From Candidatus Hodarchaeota archaeon (lineage in GTDB: Archaea; Asgardarchaeota; Heimdallarchaeia; Hodarchaeales; Hodarchaeaceae): a DNA stretch of 64,000 nt. The notes beneath the pieces are model-generated. The model saw only the letters and a program-made list of their open reading frames with translations, had not been told where the DNA came from and did no database searches. The stretch is from positions 1,264 through 65,263 of the forward strand of contig JBHLKC010000001.1 in assembly GCA_048887065.1 (NCBI GenBank). Direction: 5' to 3'. A program made the translations under genes and the position numbers. This document shows positions 59,522 through 64,000 of the stretch, in pieces. Position 1 is the stretch's first letter, and the number at the start of each line of letters is the position of its first letter.

Positions 59522-60136
59522 ATGGGTATATTGGCTAGAATTTTTGCGAGGAGTCGAAAATCGCGATTAACAATTGGTATTTTAGGAGCACCAAATGCAG
59601 GAAAAACAACCTTGGCTAACCGAATTTCAACAGAGTGTGGAAACGGACAACCATTAGGGGTTGTTAGTCCTATCCCGCATGAAACACGAGAATGTGTTGC
59701 CATGGAGCATTGCAATATAACTGATCATAGTGGTTCCCTTGATCTCACAATCGTTGATACCCCTGGCATTGCTACCTCTGTTGATTACAGAGAATTTCAA
59801 AGCCATGGATTAACAAAGCAAGAGAGTATTGAGCGAGCAAAACAAGCTACAAGAGGTGTCATTAAAGCAATTCAATCTTTAGATAGTTTGGATGCTGCTA
59901 TTGTAGTGGTTGACTCAGCACGGGCTCCTTTCGATCAGGTAAACTGGACTGTGCTTGGGAATCTAGAAGCTAGGAAAATTCCCTTGATTGTTGCTGCAAA
60001 TAAAACCGATTTACCCGAGGCGGATCCTGAGTTAGTGAAAGAAGCGTTTCAAACTGACATAATACCTCTTTCTGCAAAAAAAGGTACAGGGATGAACGAA
60101 CTTTATGGGAGTATTTTCACAGTAGCTAATATGTAG
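59522..60136 (+). CDS. P-loop GTPase (archaeal conserved, TRAFAC class)
   Basis: G1 GAPNAGKTT, G3 DTPG, G4 NKTD, G5 SAK. 204 aa. Confidence 0.75.
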   Translation: MGILARIFARSRKSRLTIGILGAPNAGKTTLANRISTECGNGQPLGVVSPIPHETRECVAMEHCNITDHSGSLDLTIVDTPGIATSVDYREFQSHGLTKQESIERAKQATRGVIKAIQSLDSLDAAIVVVDSARAPFDQVNWTVLGNLEARKIPLIVAANKTDLPEADPELVKEAFQTDIIPLSAKKGTGMNELYGSIFTVANM

Positions 60137-60457
60137 GTGGGTAATAAGTTGGAACTAAGGATAGATTTCGTTACTGAAAACACAACACGTAGGATGAATT
60201 CCACTCAAAAGTGTGATTTTATTATTTCAAAGCTAAAAAATGAAAGAGTCGTAGTTTTTGAAGGTGGACTCCAGCCTGAGGAGGAGGCTGTGTTAATCCA
60301 AGAAGCTATGAACCAAATTGATCACACTGATTTTCTAGGATATAAAATTTTGAATCCGAAGCCTATGCGGTGTCCAGGATTATTCAACAGGAAAAATATT
60401 AAGCTTACAGTTATTGCTCCCCAAAATTATGATAATCTCTCCATAGCTCTTGTCTAG
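60137..60457 (+). CDS. small conserved archaeal protein (DUF2073-like) coupled to the GTPase
   Basis: 106 aa. Its start is the nucleotide after the GTPase stop. Family assigned from neighbourhood and approximate resemblance. Confidence 0.4.
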   Translation: MGNKLELRIDFVTENTTRRMNSTQKCDFIISKLKNERVVVFEGGLQPEEEAVLIQEAMNQIDHTDFLGYKILNPKPMRCPGLFNRKNIKLTVIAPQNYDNLSIALV

Positions 60458-60471
60458 AGTGGAAATTTATA

Positions 60472-60813
60472 ATGAGTTTCTCTGACAAAGATATTAACCT
60501 AGGTCGCTATGAATGTGCACGTTGCAGACGAACTCCCGAAATTGCTCAAGAGATATTCCAAGGCTGTATTTGTGGACATCGGTTTTTCCGAATTAGACCT
60601 CAAAATGAAGATTCTCTTGCTGATATTAATAGAGGGAAGAAATCCCGACTCACGGCTGATATGGAGTTTCTAACAATTCGAGAAAGAGAAATTGGTATTT
60701 ATGATATTAATGTGGAAAAAATTCTATTAAAAAAACAAGATAAGAGAATGTCTCCAATGATTGCAGGTAATAAAGGAGTCTATTCAATCCATTTTGAAAA
60801 TACGAAGAAATAG
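60472..60813 (+). CDS. zinc-ribbon protein (DUF2072-like)
   Basis: CARCRR...CICGHRFF, i.e. a CxxC...CxC Zn-ribbon. 113 aa. Third gene of the triad. Confidence 0.45.
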   Translation: MSFSDKDINLGRYECARCRRTPEIAQEIFQGCICGHRFFRIRPQNEDSLADINRGKKSRLTADMEFLTIREREIGIYDINVEKILLKKQDKRMSPMIAGNKGVYSIHFENTKK

Positions 60814-60874
60814 AATTTCTAGAGAGTTCTTAGAGTAATTAGAAAGTCCTCTAGATTATTATCGTGATGTTTTA

Positions 60875-61741
60875 TTATAGCCTTAGCTTTATTTCTCTTG
60901 AAACTTCGTTGAAATCACAGACACCGAGTTCATGGAGGTGTCTAAGACTCCTTCGTGCTATAATGGGGGTTATTCCGAGCTCTGAGGACATGATTGCCAA
61001 ATTAAGCGAGCGTTTTTTCGAGTCTTCAAAATAGTCGATTATGTACAAAAGAATTCGTCCTAATTCGTTTTCTCCAAGAAAAGCTCTTATATGTCGGTCT
61101 CTAGCTAATTTTCCTTTCGCATCCCGAGTGAAATCCTCACTTATCTGTCCTGCTCGCTCTTCTAACCGCTTGATTTCCAGTCGTAGTTGATTTTGAATTT
61201 CTAAATGATCTGCTTGAATTTCATCAATTTCATTTTCAGTTTGTTCTATAACTTCCTGCAATTTGGCTATTTGAGCGACGTATGTTTGTCTTTCAAACTT
61301 TGCTTCTTCTATCATTTTTTTCTGCGTTTCAATAATATTATTTTGGTGTTCAAGTGTCAATTTTATGGGTTCAAGCTCAGCTTTTAATGCCTGAGCTTCT
61401 TCTTTCGCTTGTGTGAGTTGATTCTCAAGATTAGTGATTAATTCAACTTTTTCTTGAATTCTGTATTGATAATCATTATGGACTTTTTCTAATTCTTTTT
61501 CAAGAGAAGATATTTTTTCGATTTGAACACCTAGTACAGTTTGTTGTTCTTCAGTTCCTACTTCATTTTCACTTACTTTCTCAGAATGATCCTTTAATAC
61601 TTCTTTTAATTGATGTAATTGTTGTCTTAGATTTTCGATTTCTGTAGATTGGTTATCACCATCATTTGGCTCCTTAGAGTCGAACGTTTTAGAATTTTCC
61701 GATTGAGACTCTTGTTTCTGATCGAATTCCTCATTATCCAT
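60875..61741 (-). CDS. coiled-coil protein with C-terminal winged-helix-like domain
   Basis: About 200 aa of heptad-patterned Q/E/K/L-rich sequence, then RILLYIIDYFEDSKKRSLNLAIMSSELGITPIIARRSLRHLHELGV. Confidence 0.45.
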   Translation of the reverse strand: MDNEEFDQKQESQSENSKTFDSKEPNDGDNQSTEIENLRQQLHQLKEVLKDHSEKVSENEVGTEEQQTVLGVQIEKISSLEKELEKVHNDYQYRIQEKVELITNLENQLTQAKEEAQALKAELEPIKLTLEHQNNIIETQKKMIEEAKFERQTYVAQIAKLQEVIEQTENEIDEIQADHLEIQNQLRLEIKRLEERAGQISEDFTRDAKGKLARDRHIRAFLGENELGRILLYIIDYFEDSKKRSLNLAIMSSELGITPIIARRSLRHLHELGVCDFNEVSREIKLRL

Positions 61742-62043
61742 GAAATACGCCTACATTCGGTTTGTTAGTACTTAATTACTTAACCCTTTAAAAAGGTAAA
61801 ATTACTACTTTGGTTTAAACATAAAAAGATTGTCCAATTTTAAGGAATAATGATAATCAGGGTTATTTTCCTTCTTATTAATTATCCATTCTGAACTACT
61901 GTTTAAAAAAACTTAAAATATAAAATAAAACTACCTTTAAACGTAAGAATAGAGCAAGATTAGATCCATGGGGGAAGTAAACTAACAATACTTGGAAATT
62001 CTCTTTCTCATTTGATCAATTATTGTAAATTGGAGAGAATTCA

Positions 62044-62238
62044 ATGATAATAGAGAAAAAGACAACGCTATCTCAAAATAAAATCGAAATAATGTGTAGG
62101 AATGATTCATGTATTCACCCAGCCATGTGTAATTCGTTTGTATGTTACAAAAAGAAACAAGGATTGCCAAATTGCGATTCTTGTGAAGAACGCCTTTGTA
62201 AACGACATTGGCGTGTTTATTTTAGAAATAATATATAG
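62044..62238 (+). CDS. small Cys-rich (putative Zn-binding) protein
   Basis: 64 aa with 8 Cys in CxxxC/CxxC spacing. Weakly supported. Confidence 0.25.
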   Translation: MIIEKKTTLSQNKIEIMCRNDSCIHPAMCNSFVCYKKKQGLPNCDSCEERLCKRHWRVYFRNNI

Positions 62239-62454
62239 CTAGAAAAATGCACATTCTTGGATTTATCTTAAATTCATATGGACTGAATTCTTGGTTTTAT
62301 AAGGTATATTTCCAAATAAAATCTCTAATTTTCATTTAGAAGAACAGATTTTTAACATATTAAATCCAATTATATAATTTAAGAAAAAATACAATTAAAT
62401 ATAAATGACGCTTAATCCTAAGTTTCAGGAAACATATACAGGGGTTTTTTCAAT

Positions 62455-63621
62455 ATGGATGAATGGTCAGCAGTTGTACTTGCTGGTGGGATTGGTTCCC
62501 GTCTCTATCCGTTAACAATTGAAATCCCCAAACCTATGGTTCCAGTAGCTAATAAACCAATGATTGATTACAATTTAGAACTCCTTAGAAATGCTGGAAT
62601 AAATGGAAAGATAATAATCGTTACCAAATATTTGCATGAGGAGATACGTAAGTATTTTAAGGAAAGTGAGCATTTCAACGATCTAGATATTATAATCCCT
62701 AAGGTTGATCCGTTGGACACGGCTGATGCAGTACGAAAGGTTTCAGATTATATTAACACAGATAATTTTATCGTTTCAATGGCTGATATAGTAACCAACC
62801 TTCCATTAACTGATTTCATGGCTTTCCATCGAGAAAAAGATTGTATTGCTAGTATTACTTTGAAAGATGTTTCCTACCCTCGTGCTTTTGGTGTGATAAT
62901 GTTAAATCAAGATTCACGAATTGTCCTTTTTCTAGAAAAACCATTACCACAAGAATTGGGATTAGCAACTCTAACTTTTGCGAAAAAGGAAACCATTCGT
63001 TTGCAGTCTAACCTTGTCAACACTGGTATTTATGCCTTTAAACATAAAGTTTTGGATATATTAGATACTTTAACAGACCTGATGGACTTCGGTAAACATG
63101 TCTTTCCCTACTTAGCACGAGAATACGGCATTTATGGCTATGAACGTTTAGATTATTATTGGATGGATGCAGGTAATCCTCAAACATATCTCTATACTAA
63201 TTGGGATGTGCTTAGACGTTGGTCTTTTCCGTATTTTCCAAAAGCGACATGGGAAGAAGATAGCATCTGGTGGGATGGTTTAAGGCCTGAAATCCCTCCA
63301 ACTGTACGAATTGTTGCACCAACAGTGATGGGATCAAATATTTCTTTGAATAACAATACGACAATTGGTCCTCTTGTAGCGATTGGAGAAAATGTAAATA
63401 TTGGTGAAAATACTATAATTCAGTCCTCGGTTGTTTGGGATAATGTAGAAATAGGTAGAAATGTCAGCATCAAGGAAACTATAATCTGTAACGATGTTTC
63501 AATACCTGATGATTCTAAATTAACTTCAGGAACAGTAATTGCTCCTCATACGCACTTTAAGACTGCTCTTTCTACAAAAAAAGGTCAAATTGTAGAATCG
63601 GTGGTAGAGAACTTGAGGTAA
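62455..63621 (+). CDS. sugar-1-phosphate nucleotidyltransferase with C-terminal left-handed beta-helix domain
   Basis: N-terminal VLAGGIGSRLYPLT and KPMVPVANKPMI NTP-transferase motifs. C-terminal hexapeptide repeats (IGENVNIGENTIIQSSVVWDNVEIGRNVSI). Confidence 0.8.
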   Translation: MDEWSAVVLAGGIGSRLYPLTIEIPKPMVPVANKPMIDYNLELLRNAGINGKIIIVTKYLHEEIRKYFKESEHFNDLDIIIPKVDPLDTADAVRKVSDYINTDNFIVSMADIVTNLPLTDFMAFHREKDCIASITLKDVSYPRAFGVIMLNQDSRIVLFLEKPLPQELGLATLTFAKKETIRLQSNLVNTGIYAFKHKVLDILDTLTDLMDFGKHVFPYLAREYGIYGYERLDYYWMDAGNPQTYLYTNWDVLRRWSFPYFPKATWEEDSIWWDGLRPEIPPTVRIVAPTVMGSNISLNNNTTIGPLVAIGENVNIGENTIIQSSVVWDNVEIGRNVSIKETIICNDVSIPDDSKLTSGTVIAPHTHFKTALSTKKGQIVESVVENLR

Positions 63622-63628
63622 TAAAACA

Positions 63629-64000
63629 ATGTCTATAAATAATGAAAGCGAAACAAAATCCCCCTCTTATGTTCGATGGGGGAGGATTATGGGTCTTTCG
63701 AACAGAGAACTAACAGCTGAGTTAGCTTCGAGGCTAGGTGGAGCTATGGGGACGATATTAGATTCAAATTCAATTGTTATGACCGCGAGAGATTATCGTC
63801 GTGATTCGAGGGCCTTGAAACGCTCCTTTACAGGTGGTCTGATGGCAAGTGGAATAGAAGTTATTGACCTCCATGCTGTACCAACAAGTACCTTGCAATT
63901 TTCTGTAAGACGGTTTGGAGCTGATGCTGGTGTTATGTTTACACAAAGTCACAGCTTGATGGGAATGGTTTCAATAAAACTCTTCGATTCCACAGGGATT
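63629..64000 (+). CDS. phosphohexomutase-family protein (PGM/PMM/GlmM-like), 5' partial at window end
   Basis: Own translation MSINNESETKS...ELASRLGGAMGT...GGLMASGIEVIDLHAVPTSTLQF...GADAGVMFTQSHSLMG. The active-site region resembles GVMITASHNP but with SHS instead of SHN. Runs off the window. Confidence 0.5.
   Translation, partial: MSINNESETKSPSYVRWGRIMGLSNRELTAELASRLGGAMGTILDSNSIVMTARDYRRDSRALKRSFTGGLMASGIEVIDLHAVPTSTLQFSVRRFGADAGVMFTQSHSLMGMVSIKLFDSTGI

Noticed and set aside
1-64000. CRISPR arrays, tRNA/rRNA genes, transposases/integrases
   Set aside because: No regularly spaced direct repeats, no tRNA-like T-loop/acceptor architecture (GGTTCRAnYC) in non-coding stretches, and no transposase or integrase motifs were seen by eye. 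Absence is tentative without a covariance-model scan.

Overview
The window is 64 kb of low-GC (about one third G+C), gene-dense archaeal chromosome with short or overlapping intergenic spacers. Several proteins are archaeal-type: pantoate kinase and phosphopantothenate synthetase in a CoA operon, a PGF-CTERM sorting signal, an NcsA-type tRNA thiolation ATPase and MsvR-like V4R regulators. It also carries eukaryote-like signature genes: a Rab/Ras-type small GTPase with a roadblock/longin partner, an 806-aa HEAT-repeat protein next to an ERCC4/XPF nuclease, and TPR proteins. This fits an Asgard-group (Lokiarchaeia-like) archaeon, but that placement is inference from composition and gene content only. 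Housekeeping content includes a translationally coupled archaeal CoA biosynthesis operon (coaBC, panE, pantoate kinase, PPS, panB), endonuclease IV, a DNA methyltransferase, an M42 peptidase, two ZIP metal transporters, MscS, ABC and MFS exporters, and nucleotide-sugar genes. Three accessory regions stand out. (1) 22.4-31.5 kb: a Rab-like GTPase, a tandem-roadblock protein and a membrane-anchored hexapeptide-repeat protein in one operon. Nearby are two paralogous MFS-like polytopic membrane proteins whose cytoplasmic C-termini carry a roadblock-like domain resembling the GTPase partner, followed by a second membrane-anchored hexapeptide-repeat protein and an IPK-metallo-beta-lactamase fusion. 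This looks like a candidate transporter-coupled small-GTPase signalling system. (2) 45.3-54.2 kb: a c-type cytochrome island with a b-type cytochrome, a DOMON-like protein, a surface-anchored (PGF-CTERM) multiheme cytochrome c, a ccmC-D-A-B heme-export operon that includes an unlisted small ccmD-like ORF, and two V4R-domain winged-helix regulators. (3) 59.5-60.8 kb: a GTPase / small protein / zinc-ribbon triad. A GC-enriched ORF-free stretch at about 19.5-19.9 kb is a candidate structured ncRNA. No CRISPR array, tRNA, rRNA or obvious transposase was recognised.
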